The notes under the pieces: generated by a model
What the model saw: only the letters and a program-made list of their open reading frames with translations
What the model was told of the DNA's origin: nothing
Database searches by the model: none
Program-made: the position numbers and the translations under genes
Shown: in pieces, positions 30,625-40,889 of the stretch
How positions within the stretch are numbered: position 1 is the first letter of the stretch
Layout: every line of letters begins with the position of its first letter
Assembly (NCBI GenBank): GCA_019058445.1
Contig: JAHPZA010000010.1
Span: 608,001-672,000 of the forward strand
DNA length: 64,000 nt
From: Promethearchaeota archaeon
GTDB lineage: Archaea; Asgardarchaeota; Lokiarchaeia; Sigyniarchaeales; SOKP01
Direction: 5' to 3'

Positions 30625-32118
30625 ATGTCAAAAAAAATTTATGTTTGCAGAAATTGTGGAAATACTTTCCCAGATGAGTTATCTCACCTTATTGAGAGTA
30701 AAACTCGGGTTTTCTGTGAACGGTGCGGAAGTCCATTTACCTTAGAGGGTATTAAATTTAAAGAACCCGAAATACAACGTAAAGAAAAAGAAAAAAAACC
30801 CCGGAAAACGTCTGAAGAAGAAACATCCCCCTTAGAGAGTATTATAAATGTATTAAATATTATCTCATGGATTCCAATACTTATTGTATCGATTGTACTG
30901 TTATTTATACCATTCCGTTTCCCTATGGGGATAGCGGGGATAATGATATCGCTTTATGATAAAAAATTCATTGCTAAAAGAGTAAAAGAGAAAAGATATG
31001 ATCGGATTTTTGTGGATTCTATTGGCCTTGGAATTTTGGGTTGTATTATTTTTGGTACTGGCGCCATACTGGTACTTAAAGGAGTTTTTATTTTTATTTA
31101 TGAAATAAGTAATTCACAAGATCAAACATTTTACGAATTTGGACTTAAAATCAAGACCTCGTTAAATAATTTTTCCGCTTTAGGTGCTATCATAATATTT
31201 CTCTTTGTAATCAATGCTTTCATTAACTTCAATATTTTTCCCGAATTTCCAACTGGAGTGTTTGTTGTATCCACTATATTTTTGATAAGTGCAATAATTG
31301 TAGATTTAAGATTAAGAAGTAAAATTAAAGAAAAAATTAAATTTTCTTTTGAATACGCTCTAATCTTGATTTTTTTTGGCATCATCGGATTATTTATGGG
31401 TGCGGCAGGTATTTTTATCTTGTTAAAAGGGGTAGTAATTCTTATTTTAGTATTTGGAAAGCCACCAGAAAGTAAAGAAATTGAGGTTGGCGAAGAATCA
31501 CCAATTGAAGATAAAAGAGAATTTAAAGAGATTGAACAACCTGCATATAAAGAACGGGATAAAGAGCTATCTATTCCAACTAAAAAGATAGATAAAGAAG
31601 AGCTGGAAATTCCAACTTCAGAAGAAGTTCCTGCAAGCAAAATTCCTAAAGAAAAACCAATAGAAAAAGCAGAAGATATTGCATTTAAGGAACAAATTAG
31701 CAAAGAGAAAGAAAAACCTAGAATTGATGAAGAAATAGAGATGGAAACCAGACTTCATGAATCTCTTTTGCCAATCAAGGATGATAAAGATAAAAAACTT
31801 GTTAAACAATATTTTTCAAAAATATTTACGGTCCTGTCAAAGGATATAAGGAAACAAATCAAAGATTTAGACATTCCGAATAAAGAAAAAAAAGATTTAT
31901 TACAAGAACTAGCATATCTCACAAAGGAAGAACAGATCAAATATATCGAGGCGATCGTCAATTTGTACTTAGAAAGATTACCAATTAAATTAATAGAACG
32001 TATTCGTTCTCTCCCAAATGTGAAACCTGAGCATTTAGTTATAATTGCTGAGCAGTTAAAGTTCATGGATTTTGATGAACAGGAAAGATATATCCAATTT
32101 TTAGAAAATAATGCTTAA
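30625..32118 (+). CDS. Zinc-ribbon membrane protein with charged C-terminal domain
   Basis: CRNC...CERC; duplicated TM unit (GILGCIIFGTGAILVLKG / GIIGLFMGAAGIFILLKG). Confidence 0.65.
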   Translation: MSKKIYVCRNCGNTFPDELSHLIESKTRVFCERCGSPFTLEGIKFKEPEIQRKEKEKKPRKTSEEETSPLESIINVLNIISWIPILIVSIVLLFIPFRFPMGIAGIMISLYDKKFIAKRVKEKRYDRIFVDSIGLGILGCIIFGTGAILVLKGVFIFIYEISNSQDQTFYEFGLKIKTSLNNFSALGAIIIFLFVINAFINFNIFPEFPTGVFVVSTIFLISAIIVDLRLRSKIKEKIKFSFEYALILIFFGIIGLFMGAAGIFILLKGVVILILVFGKPPESKEIEVGEESPIEDKREFKEIEQPAYKERDKELSIPTKKIDKEELEIPTSEEVPASKIPKEKPIEKAEDIAFKEQISKEKEKPRIDEEIEMETRLHESLLPIKDDKDKKLVKQYFSKIFTVLSKDIRKQIKDLDIPNKEKKDLLQELAYLTKEEQIKYIEAIVNLYLERLPIKLIERIRSLPNVKPEHLVIIAEQLKFMDFDEQERYIQFLENNA

Positions 32119-32147
32119 ATGTAAACGTATAGATACTAGCTGATAAA

Positions 32148-33062
32148 ATGTCACTTGAAAGAAGAAGGGAAACTAAAAAGCCAGAGAAGGAAAAAATGCT
32201 AGAGGAAAGTACATTTAGGCAAGAAGATTTCACTCCTTTACCAGAGAAAGTAAAGAAAGATAAAAAAGAAGAGATAATTAAAGATTCAAAAAAACTAGTG
32301 ATAGATGATGAATTAAGTGTAATTGAAAAAGATGTATTAGAAATCGCAAAAGATATTCTAAAGCTCAAACGTTATGATGCCGAATTTGTGGTCGAATCTG
32401 AAGCAGAAATACAAAAATATCCTATCATTGAAAAATTATATGCAAAATGTATAGCCAAACTCTCATATAATAAAGGTTATTCAAAAGATGATATTTTTCT
32501 TGCTATTAGAAGTCTGGAGGAAAAAAATTGGATTGTAACCAATGAGAGAAGAACTAAACTTGAAGTATTAAATAATAAAAAATTAACTAAAATTTTAGAT
32601 TTTATTAAAGATAATCCTGGTATTCATGCCAGAGACGAAAAAGTTGAAAAAGTATTAAACATTACACGCACTCCATTTTTAAAACATGTTATGACATTAG
32701 AGAGATTTAAGTTGATAAGATCAAAAAAAATTGGGAAATCTCTTCACTATTTTCCCATTGAAATTGAAGAAGATGATGAATTAGATCAATTTAAAGTCAT
32801 ATTTTTAAATCCCTTAATCCCAAGAATATTAGAAGAATTTTTTAAGGATGATTTAGTTTCTATTTCTCAAATTGGCCAAAACCTCGATATCTATTCAGGT
32901 ACAATTCAATACCATGTAAAGAAGTTAATTGATCTTAATTTAATAAAATCAGCAAAAAATCAATCTGGGAAAAAAATTCATTTGGTAAATATAGAATTAA
33001 TTCAGCAATATAATAACATTTTTAAAGAACCTGATTTTTCTGAATTATTAAAAGGTCTATAA
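32148..33062 (+). CDS. Winged helix-turn-helix protein (probable transcriptional regulator)
   Basis: ILDFIKDNPGIH...HVMTLERFKLI and SISQIGQNLDIYSGTIQYHVKKL form a double wHTH. Confidence 0.75.
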   Translation: MSLERRRETKKPEKEKMLEESTFRQEDFTPLPEKVKKDKKEEIIKDSKKLVIDDELSVIEKDVLEIAKDILKLKRYDAEFVVESEAEIQKYPIIEKLYAKCIAKLSYNKGYSKDDIFLAIRSLEEKNWIVTNERRTKLEVLNNKKLTKILDFIKDNPGIHARDEKVEKVLNITRTPFLKHVMTLERFKLIRSKKIGKSLHYFPIEIEEDDELDQFKVIFLNPLIPRILEEFFKDDLVSISQIGQNLDIYSGTIQYHVKKLIDLNLIKSAKNQSGKKIHLVNIELIQQYNNIFKEPDFSELLKGL

Positions 33063-33249
33063 TCCTATTTTAATGGTGCTCTTTATCTAATCATATAATT
33101 TAAGAAGAATTATGTCTGAAAATAATATATAAGAGAATTTATAACAATTTTACTTACAAATAAAAATCTTAATATTTTAATAATTAACTTCTTATCACAA
33201 TATTGAATGATAATAGTAATTTAGTTTTAAAATTAATAATAAAATAAAT

Positions 33250-34056
33250 TTGCCATCATCATATAAATCTAAAGTAATAGCTGTTGGATCTGATAGTTCT
33301 GTCAAAGAACTATTTTTTAAAAGTTGTGAGCATAAATTTAGTTCTTGTTGTGACACTTCGTACTGGACTATTGGGCTTTCTATTAAAATAATAGAATATT
33401 CAAATGAAGATGAAGATTCGATTGCTATAGCTTTATGGGATATAAATTCTGGTGAGAGATTTCAGTTTCTTTTTCCTAATTTTCTCAGAGGAGCTTCTGG
33501 TTGTTTATTATTTTTAGATTACTCAAAGGATCAATTAATCGAAGATCTGAATGATTGGTTAGATATCATAAGAGAAAATACAGATTATAATATTCCAATA
33601 TTTGTAATTGGAAGTAGTAATGATTTGAAAAACAGAGTAAATTATAAAGAAATTCTTGACTTTATAGAAAACCATAATTTAGATGGATTTTATTTAATAT
33701 CAACAGAAACCCGATCACGAGATACAATTATTTTAAATCAAATTTCAAGAAAAGTGCTTGAAAATCTTAAACTAAGACCTAATAGTTTTAGTATAGAAGA
33801 TAATCTTAAAGCAGAAAGGCGATCCCAATTTCAAGAGTTTATTAGATACTTTTCATTTTGCCCTATCTGTGGAAAAGAGAATCATAAAAGCTACTTAAGT
33901 AAATTTTACTTTAACCAAAACACATATCCAAGATCGTTTAAAGAAAATTTGTTGCTATTAATGGAGAAATCGAAAAGATTTGATAAGATCTACGAAAATG
34001 AGATTAAAGTGGGAATTCCTTGTTGTTCCTGTTTTGAAAAGTTTTTTTCTAATTAA
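33250..34056 (+). CDS. Rab-like GTPase with degenerate P-loop and C-terminal zinc finger
   Basis: WDINSGERFQFLFPNFLRGASG switch II; G1 degenerate (GSDSSVKE); CPIC...PCCSC at the C-terminus. Confidence 0.7.
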   Translation: MPSSYKSKVIAVGSDSSVKELFFKSCEHKFSSCCDTSYWTIGLSIKIIEYSNEDEDSIAIALWDINSGERFQFLFPNFLRGASGCLLFLDYSKDQLIEDLNDWLDIIRENTDYNIPIFVIGSSNDLKNRVNYKEILDFIENHNLDGFYLISTETRSRDTIILNQISRKVLENLKLRPNSFSIEDNLKAERRSQFQEFIRYFSFCPICGKENHKSYLSKFYFNQNTYPRSFKENLLLLMEKSKRFDKIYENEIKVGIPCCSCFEKFFSN

Positions 34057-34144
34057 TAGAAATATTTTTTAATTTTGGAAAATACCCCTTTTTCTTCAAT
34101 AAGAAGCTGATATAGTACATTAAGTAATTATATGTAATAGTTTT

Positions 34145-35554
34145 TTATCGAGAGTTTTTGTTCTCTAGTAATTCTTTCAATTTATCCTTTTCTCGGCTGA
34201 ATTTTTGAATGGTTTTAAGCCCTCCTTCAATTACACGTCTAGATTTTACGTCTAATGGATTTCCATCAAGCTTTAAAAAATATTGTTTTATTCCTTTTAG
34301 TTTCCATAATGAACCGGGAATTGTTCTAAATTTATTATGTCTTAAATCTAATTCTTGAAGATCTTGCAAATTAAAAAGAGAACTTGGAAGTGTATGTAAT
34401 TTATTATTTCTTAAATCCAAAGTTTTAAGAGATTTCAGATTGCCAATAGACTCTGGTAGGGTCTCTATTTTGTTATTCACTATATATAGCCGTTGAAGTG
34501 ATTTAAGATTTCCAAAAGACTCTGGTAGGGATTTTAATTGATTTTCCTCAAGAAATAGTTTTTCAAGCGATTTAAGATTATCAAATGATTCTGGAATTGC
34601 ATATAACTCATTCCCCTCAAAAAATAATCTTTTTAATCGAGTGAGTTTAAGTAATGCGTCTGGGAATTTTTTGAACCGATTTTTACTTAAATCCAATGAT
34701 CTTAATGATTTTAAATTTCCAAATGATTTTGGAAGTGTATCTAATAAATTTTCTCTTAATCGAAATACTTCTAGATTTTCAAAATTTCCAATGGAATTAG
34801 GAAGCTTTTTCAATTGATTATGACTAAAATCTAAAGTATGAAGTGATTTTAAGGAAAGAAGAGGATTAATTAGCGAATCTGCTATGTTTCTTAATCCATT
34901 ACTGGCCAAAGAGAGAGTATGGAGAGCATTTAAATTTTTAAGAGAATCTGGAAGAGATTTTATGTTATTATTTTCAAGATTTAATAGATTTAATGATTTT
35001 AAATTAGTTATTGATTCAGGTAAATGGTCTAATATGTTTTTGTTTAAAAATAATTTTCTAAGTGAATTTAGTCTTTCAAAAGATTCAGGTAAATCATTTA
35101 TCTGGTTATCACTCAACTCTAATAGTTCAATTGAATGAAAATTTCCAAAAAATTCTGGAAGTAAAGATATTTTGTTTGAATCCAATTTTAATTCTTGGAG
35201 AGAGTCAAGATTACCTATTGTTTTTGGTAATGTAGTTAAAGAATTCCATGATAAATTCAAATTTCGGAGAAGATGTAAATTTTCAATTGAGCCTGGAATT
35301 GATTTTAATGAATTGTATGATAAATATAATTCTTTTAGTTCTTTAAATTCAAATATTACTGTAGGGAATTTTTTCAATCTACAATTATACAACCATAATC
35401 CAGTAACATGACTATCTTTATTGATTTTGAATCCAAAGGCAGGTAAACCCCGTTCATCCAGAAACGGAATTTTTTTTCCAATAATTTTATTTAATTGCTT
35501 TAAAGCTTTAGCTTGCTCTGGTTCAATATCATAACTTTCATAAGTTTGGCTCAA
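34145..35554 (-). CDS. Leucine-rich repeat protein
   Basis: About 16 repeats of LxxLxLxxNxLxxLPxSxxNL (23 aa). Confidence 0.95.
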   Translation of the reverse strand: MSQTYESYDIEPEQAKALKQLNKIIGKKIPFLDERGLPAFGFKINKDSHVTGLWLYNCRLKKFPTVIFEFKELKELYLSYNSLKSIPGSIENLHLLRNLNLSWNSLTTLPKTIGNLDSLQELKLDSNKISLLPEFFGNFHSIELLELSDNQINDLPESFERLNSLRKLFLNKNILDHLPESITNLKSLNLLNLENNNIKSLPDSLKNLNALHTLSLASNGLRNIADSLINPLLSLKSLHTLDFSHNQLKKLPNSIGNFENLEVFRLRENLLDTLPKSFGNLKSLRSLDLSKNRFKKFPDALLKLTRLKRLFFEGNELYAIPESFDNLKSLEKLFLEENQLKSLPESFGNLKSLQRLYIVNNKIETLPESIGNLKSLKTLDLRNNKLHTLPSSLFNLQDLQELDLRHNKFRTIPGSLWKLKGIKQYFLKLDGNPLDVKSRRVIEGGLKTIQKFSREKDKLKELLENKNSR

Positions 35555-35713
35555 TGTGTTTTACTCTTTAGTATTTTCTTGGAATTCACAATTTGGATAT
35601 TACAATAAATATGTTGATAATCAATTTTAATAGTTGTGATTATATGTCACTCTTATTCAATCTAAATTTTTATTTCTTAGGTTTTTAATTTTACCAATAT
35701 TTTGATAATTTAT

Positions 35714-36598
35714 TTAATCTAATAGAGATTTAACTTTTGGAAGGGATTTGATCATTACTTTAATAGCGGTATCAATTCCAGACTCCACATCAAGATGAAT
35801 CTCATTAGTTTTAAGAAAATCATATTTAGAATTACCGGGTAAATCTGATACTGAGAGGAGTGATATGGTTTTTAAATTGTAAATCTTTCCTAATAGGAAT
35901 AAAATAGATGTTTCCATATCGATTGCCCCAACATTAATGGATCTTAGGGAATTTATGAGATCATGTGTCTCACAAAATAGAGCATCGGTTGTCCATAAAT
36001 CAGCCTCTTTGACTTTATTAGGAATTGAAGAACTAGCTTCGCTTACTAATAAATTTTTCAATTCTTCATGTGGTTTCGTTACAAACACTGTTTCATTTCC
36101 AGTTATTATTTGTTGAAATCTGGATAATGGATTTTGAATGGATTCTAATTGACTTAATAATTCACTATGCTTCAATATATATTGTGCTGAAGTACCATCT
36201 CCGCAATAGGCAAGTTTGGGAATAATTATATCTCCAATTTGTATACTACTTGAAGAATTTTCAATACCGCCACAAAAATCAGTTCTTATAACGATTTTAG
36301 TTTTACATCGTTTTAAACTCTCCATGGCAATAGCACAATTTGGACACCCCACTAAAGATCGAATTATACTTACTTTCACTTCATTTAATAGTCCATTATA
36401 AACCCTGCCATATACTCGTTTATTTTGCAATTTATTAACAATTTTTCTCATCACCATTTTAACTGCTGGCATAATTACGATTTCATTTACATTTGATGGA
36501 CTCGTCTCTAAGAATATTCTAACTATTTTCTCATCTACACTAATGAATTTTAAACCCAAATTCAATAACTCATTTTTTAGTTTATCAATCATTTCCAA
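35714..36598 (-). CDS. Purine/uridine nucleoside phosphorylase family protein
   Basis: FCGGI, IGDIIIP, GDGTS, WTTDA, AIDMET and LSVSD motifs. Confidence 0.8.
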   Translation of the reverse strand: MEMIDKLKNELLNLGLKFISVDEKIVRIFLETSPSNVNEIVIMPAVKMVMRKIVNKLQNKRVYGRVYNGLLNEVKVSIIRSLVGCPNCAIAMESLKRCKTKIVIRTDFCGGIENSSSSIQIGDIIIPKLAYCGDGTSAQYILKHSELLSQLESIQNPLSRFQQIITGNETVFVTKPHEELKNLLVSEASSSIPNKVKEADLWTTDALFCETHDLINSLRSINVGAIDMETSILFLLGKIYNLKTISLLSVSDLPGNSKYDFLKTNEIHLDVESGIDTAIKVMIKSLPKVKSLLD

Positions 36599-36859
36599 TC
36601 AAAAAATTATAGTTTTTACAACTTAAATTAATTTTCTAAAAGAATAGTTAATTTATTCCAGTTTAATTTACTTCTTTTGCTTAAATTAGTCATTATCCTA
36701 TTTAAAATTTTAAGGAAATATTATTATAATTTATAAGTCGTGCAGTAATTAAATAGAAACTTATATTTTTTAATGAATATATTAATTTACGTTTGATTAA
36801 TAAAATAATTTGTACTTATAAAATACAGAGATTATTAGCGTTTATATTGGTAAACTGTA

Positions 36860-38149
36860 ATGAACAATCGATTCATTGTGGATAAAAAAATTACAAATGA
36901 GTTTGTCGAAACTTATACAAAAACAACCTATAGGATAATAGGCAAAGAAAGACATTCCGCAATTAAACCTTGCCACTGGTTAGAACAAAAATTGATGACG
37001 GGGAGGAACAATCGCAATTGTTATAAAGGTGTGTTTGGAATACAGAGCCATCGTTGCTTACAAAATTCACCATCTCTTCCTTTTTGCACTCATCAATGTG
37101 TTTTTTGTTGGAGAGATATAGAGAAAGAGGGGATTGGAAATGAATTTTTGGTTGAACCAGATGAACCTGCATATTTAGTAGAAGAAATGATTCGTCATCA
37201 ACAAGATATTATAAAGAATCACTTACCTCTAAGAAGATATCTTGATAATTATGAGATTATGAACGACGTACTTTATTTTATGTTAACTAATAAAGGAAAC
37301 AACAGTATAAATTCTATTTCTAATAATGTTCATGTGAGTAAAAATAAAATAGAACGAGCTATGACATTATTGAAGAATCAAAAATTTATAATTCCAATTG
37401 ATAGTTCATTAAACATTTTTAGGATTGATGAAGATATAAGCTGTTGCATTGATTCAAGAGAAGAAATAGAGGATTTGATTAATCGAGAGCTAACTACACC
37501 AGATGAGATCATGCAAGCCCATGGTGAAGCTTTACATCCTAACCATGCAGCAATATCTTTGGATGGTGAACCAATGTTATATCCTAACATGTCAGATTTT
37601 GTGAATGAGTTCAAGAAAAGGAATATGACAACCTTTATCGTAACTAATGGTACTTTACCAGAAGCAATAAATAAGTTAGTATCTTTACCAAATCAATTGT
37701 ATCTGACTTTACCTGCTCCAAATGAAAAAATATATAAAAAGACATGTCATCCAACTATTAAAAATGGTTGGAAAAAAATAATGGAATCATTAGAGATGAT
37801 TAGTTCATTAGATTGCAGAACCTTAGTAAGATTAACAGCAGTTAAAAACCTAAATGTAAGCGAGAAAATAATTAAAGAGTATATAAAAATTATAGAACAG
37901 GTTAATCCTAATTTTTTTGAAATTAAAGGATTTACATTACAGGCTAAAGCACTTTCAATCAAAGAACGATTAAAGAGCGATAAGCCCCTCCAATACTTTT
38001 TTCCAGAATATGAGTATTTGAAAAAAATTGCCCTTATATTTGAAGAGTTAAGTAATTTTCCTTTAATTTATATAAATGAACCGAGTAGAGATTTTTTATT
38101 TGCAGTAAATTGGGAGAAAGAAAAGGATCCAAAAATTGTAGCACCCTAG
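36860..38149 (+). CDS. taw1: 4-demethylwyosine synthase (radical SAM, TYW1/Taw1) with an internal insertion
   Basis: HSAIKPCHW, CYK, SHRC, CxxxCxxC (CTHQCVFCWR), HAAISLDGEP and TFIVTNGT motifs. Confidence 0.9.
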   Translation: MNNRFIVDKKITNEFVETYTKTTYRIIGKERHSAIKPCHWLEQKLMTGRNNRNCYKGVFGIQSHRCLQNSPSLPFCTHQCVFCWRDIEKEGIGNEFLVEPDEPAYLVEEMIRHQQDIIKNHLPLRRYLDNYEIMNDVLYFMLTNKGNNSINSISNNVHVSKNKIERAMTLLKNQKFIIPIDSSLNIFRIDEDISCCIDSREEIEDLINRELTTPDEIMQAHGEALHPNHAAISLDGEPMLYPNMSDFVNEFKKRNMTTFIVTNGTLPEAINKLVSLPNQLYLTLPAPNEKIYKKTCHPTIKNGWKKIMESLEMISSLDCRTLVRLTAVKNLNVSEKIIKEYIKIIEQVNPNFFEIKGFTLQAKALSIKERLKSDKPLQYFFPEYEYLKKIALIFEELSNFPLIYINEPSRDFLFAVNWEKEKDPKIVAP

Positions 38150-38254
38150 AAAATAAATTTCCATCTTGACTACTAAATTTTAAAGATAATATCGAGAGCT
38201 ATTTAGGATAAATTCATAAGATTAAGATATGATTAAATACTTTATAGGTCAATC

Positions 38255-38863
38255 ATGTTTGTAGTCTGCTTCGATCTTGAAGGAGTTTTTACCCCAGAAA
38301 TATGGATTACTGTAGCAGAAGCAACGGGAATAGATGAACTAAAAATCACGACTAGAGAAGAACCTAATTACGATAAACTTATGAAGAAAAGGATAGAATT
38401 ACTTAGATTAAATAAGATTAATCTTAAAGACATTCAGACTATCATATCAAAAATGGAATTATTACCTGGTGCTGAAGAATTTATGGGTTGGATTCGCTCA
38501 GTGGCTCAAGTTGCAGTAATTACAGACAATTATAAGGAATTTTTAATGCCATTGTTAAAGAAACTGGGATTTCCCCTTTGTTTTCATCATCAACTTGAAG
38601 TGGATGAAAATGGCATGATATCAAATTATCACTTAACAACGAAAGATATGAAAAAAAAGGCTGTACAGTTTTTTAGAGACATGAATTATAAAGTTATTGC
38701 CGTAGGTGATTCTTACAACGATATTGATATGTTAAAGGAAGCTGAACATGGGATATTATTTAAACCGCCACAAAATGTCATAGATGAATTTCCAGAGTTT
38801 CCTGTTGTAAATAATTATTCTGATTTTAAAGTGATCTTATCAAATCATCTAAGAATTTCTTAG
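38255..38863 (+). CDS. thrH: Phosphoserine phosphatase / homoserine phosphotransferase (HAD)
   Basis: DLEGVFTPEIW, TTREEPNYDKLM and GDSYND motifs. Confidence 0.88.
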   Translation: MFVVCFDLEGVFTPEIWITVAEATGIDELKITTREEPNYDKLMKKRIELLRLNKINLKDIQTIISKMELLPGAEEFMGWIRSVAQVAVITDNYKEFLMPLLKKLGFPLCFHHQLEVDENGMISNYHLTTKDMKKKAVQFFRDMNYKVIAVGDSYNDIDMLKEAEHGILFKPPQNVIDEFPEFPVVNNYSDFKVILSNHLRIS

Positions 38864-38869
38864 AAATTT

Positions 38870-40099
38870 TTATGAATTTAATAAGAGATGAATAAATTCT
38901 TCGCCATTTTGAATTAATCCATATTCACCTTCTTTTCCAGTCTGTTCAGAATATTTACGAGTTGCTTTTGCACTTGCCTCACTCTGCGGATTATAAATTG
39001 CAAATGGTACTGGATCGCTTGAGTGAGTACGAATTTTACAGGGAGTAGGATGGTCTGGTAAAACGGCAATTACAAGTTCATTATTAAATTTTTTTTCTGC
39101 TTGAATAAATGATTTTACAATATATCGATCGAAATCATTTAAAGCTGCCAATTTCTTATTGGGATCCCCAGTATGGCTCATTTCATCGACAGCTTCTATA
39201 TGCAAATAAATAAAATCCTTGTTTTTTAAAGATTTTAACGCAGCTTTTACTTTACCCCGATAATTTGTATCAGGTAGACCTGTAGCACCTTTAACATGAA
39301 TGGGTTCCAATCCAGCAGCAATACCAATTCCGAATATTAAATCGACAGCAGAAATTACTGATCCATTTAAACCATATTTCTCATAAAATGGTACAATACT
39401 AGGTCTCTTACCACATCCCCATGGCCAAATGTGGGTAGCCATTCGTTTCCCAGCTTTAGCACGTTTTTTGTTTATGTTATGCTTAATTAATAATTTATGG
39501 CTTTTTTCAATAAGATCATTAATATAATCTGCTGTTATTTTAGCCTTTTCCTCACTTCGTTCCTTAGGTTTTGCTAGGAAATCTTTGTATGGTTTATCAA
39601 GTTGATCGTGTGGTGGAGTCAGATTAAGATTTTCTGAATATCTATTCCCATCAAGACGTAAAATATGCCGATATTGTACTCCTGGAAAAAAATCCACGCC
39701 ATCATCTCTCAATTGGGATTGGAGATATAAAATTAAAGGTGTAGATTCTTTGGTGGTGATATGACCTGAGGAGTAATCTTTAATTAATCCCTCCTCAATA
39801 TTAATTATATTACACCTAAATGCAATATCAGTTTTACTTAAGGGCACTCCAGCGCTCAATGCTTCCAAAGGACCACGCCCAGTTAGATCTTTTTCAGGTC
39901 GATATCCCATTACACTCATATTAGCAACTTCACTCCCCGGATGCATCCCCTCAGGAATAGTTTTTAGCATTCCCATCTGTCCATGACTGGCAATCCAATC
40001 CATGGCTGGAGTTTCAGCCAATTCGAAAATTGTTTTATTTCCTAAATGTTCAATTGGCCAATCTGCTGCTCCATCGCATATTAAAATGACATATTTCAT
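38870..40099 (-). CDS. apgM: Cofactor-independent phosphoglycerate mutase (archaeal ApgM family)
   Basis: DGAAD, PGSEVAN, GRGPLEA, HIEAVDEMSH and PDHPTP motifs. Confidence 0.9.
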   Translation of the reverse strand: MKYVILICDGAADWPIEHLGNKTIFELAETPAMDWIASHGQMGMLKTIPEGMHPGSEVANMSVMGYRPEKDLTGRGPLEALSAGVPLSKTDIAFRCNIINIEEGLIKDYSSGHITTKESTPLILYLQSQLRDDGVDFFPGVQYRHILRLDGNRYSENLNLTPPHDQLDKPYKDFLAKPKERSEEKAKITADYINDLIEKSHKLLIKHNINKKRAKAGKRMATHIWPWGCGKRPSIVPFYEKYGLNGSVISAVDLIFGIGIAAGLEPIHVKGATGLPDTNYRGKVKAALKSLKNKDFIYLHIEAVDEMSHTGDPNKKLAALNDFDRYIVKSFIQAEKKFNNELVIAVLPDHPTPCKIRTHSSDPVPFAIYNPQSEASAKATRKYSEQTGKEGEYGLIQNGEEFIHLLLNS

Positions 40100-40204
40100 T
40101 TGCTCAATATGTTGAAATTATAGTTCTTATTATAAACTATCTTTTTCTAACTTTTAAAATTTAAAATTATGTTGCAATTAAGAGGTCGATTCAAGTAATG
40201 AAAT

Positions 40205-40879
40205 TTAAATCAAACTAGCTGATATAATTTGCTTTAATTTTCCTAAATTCGTCTTTTTTAAAGCTGAAAACTCTAAATAAGGGACTTCAATTCCATAATC
40301 TTCCTGAAATTTTTCTATGTGAATCAAATTCAAACCATATTCTCTTGCGCACTCTACAAACAGATTAACTATACGCTTTTTATCAAAATTTGAAACTTTA
40401 TCGATTTTATTAATAATAACTAAAATTGGGATTTCAAACTCCTTTAAGAATTTGATTAATTCAAAACTTAATGGAATAGTTTCAGTATTCTGAATGAAAT
40501 ATTTACTAATTTCATCTTCTATTCTTAAAATGTTAATAATTACTAGGCCAAAGAAATATTGTGTATAGTTTTTCTCGATATGGATCACTATCTGTTTCTT
40601 AATATGTTCTTCCCTTCTACGACTCGAATGACGCATATAACCGAATCCTGGGAGATCTACAATCTTATATGGCAATCCTTTTTGTATAATTGGATTAATT
40701 AGTAAAGTACTCCCTGGGGTTTTTCCCGTTTTACCTTTAAATTGTTTAGTACTAGGTAATAATAATCTTGTAATAGAGCTTTTACCTACATTTGAATTTC
40801 CAATAATTAAAAGGGAAGGTTTTTCTGTCATTTTATTTAAAGTGTATTTTTTAATATAAAGAGGGGTGGAACAGAACAA
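40205..40879 (-). CDS. engB: EngB/YihA-family GTP-binding protein
   Basis: GNSNVGKSS, PGST, DLPGFGY and NKID motifs; probable start at MTEKP. Confidence 0.8.
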   Translation of the reverse strand: MFCSTPLYIKKYTLNKMTEKPSLLIIGNSNVGKSSITRLLLPSTKQFKGKTGKTPGSTLLINPIIQKGLPYKIVDLPGFGYMRHSSRRREEHIKKQIVIHIEKNYTQYFFGLVIINILRIEDEISKYFIQNTETIPLSFELIKFLKEFEIPILVIINKIDKVSNFDKKRIVNLFVECAREYGLNLIHIEKFQEDYGIEVPYLEFSALKKTNLGKLKQIISASLI

Positions 40880-40889
40880 TCAAACAATA

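Noticed and set aside
36075-36175. Possible hidden intron in the nucleoside phosphorylase (apparent extra loop with a TCCAG/CTGGA stem)
   Set aside because: No central-helix pairing with the upstream exon and no frame-consistent BHB cut sites.
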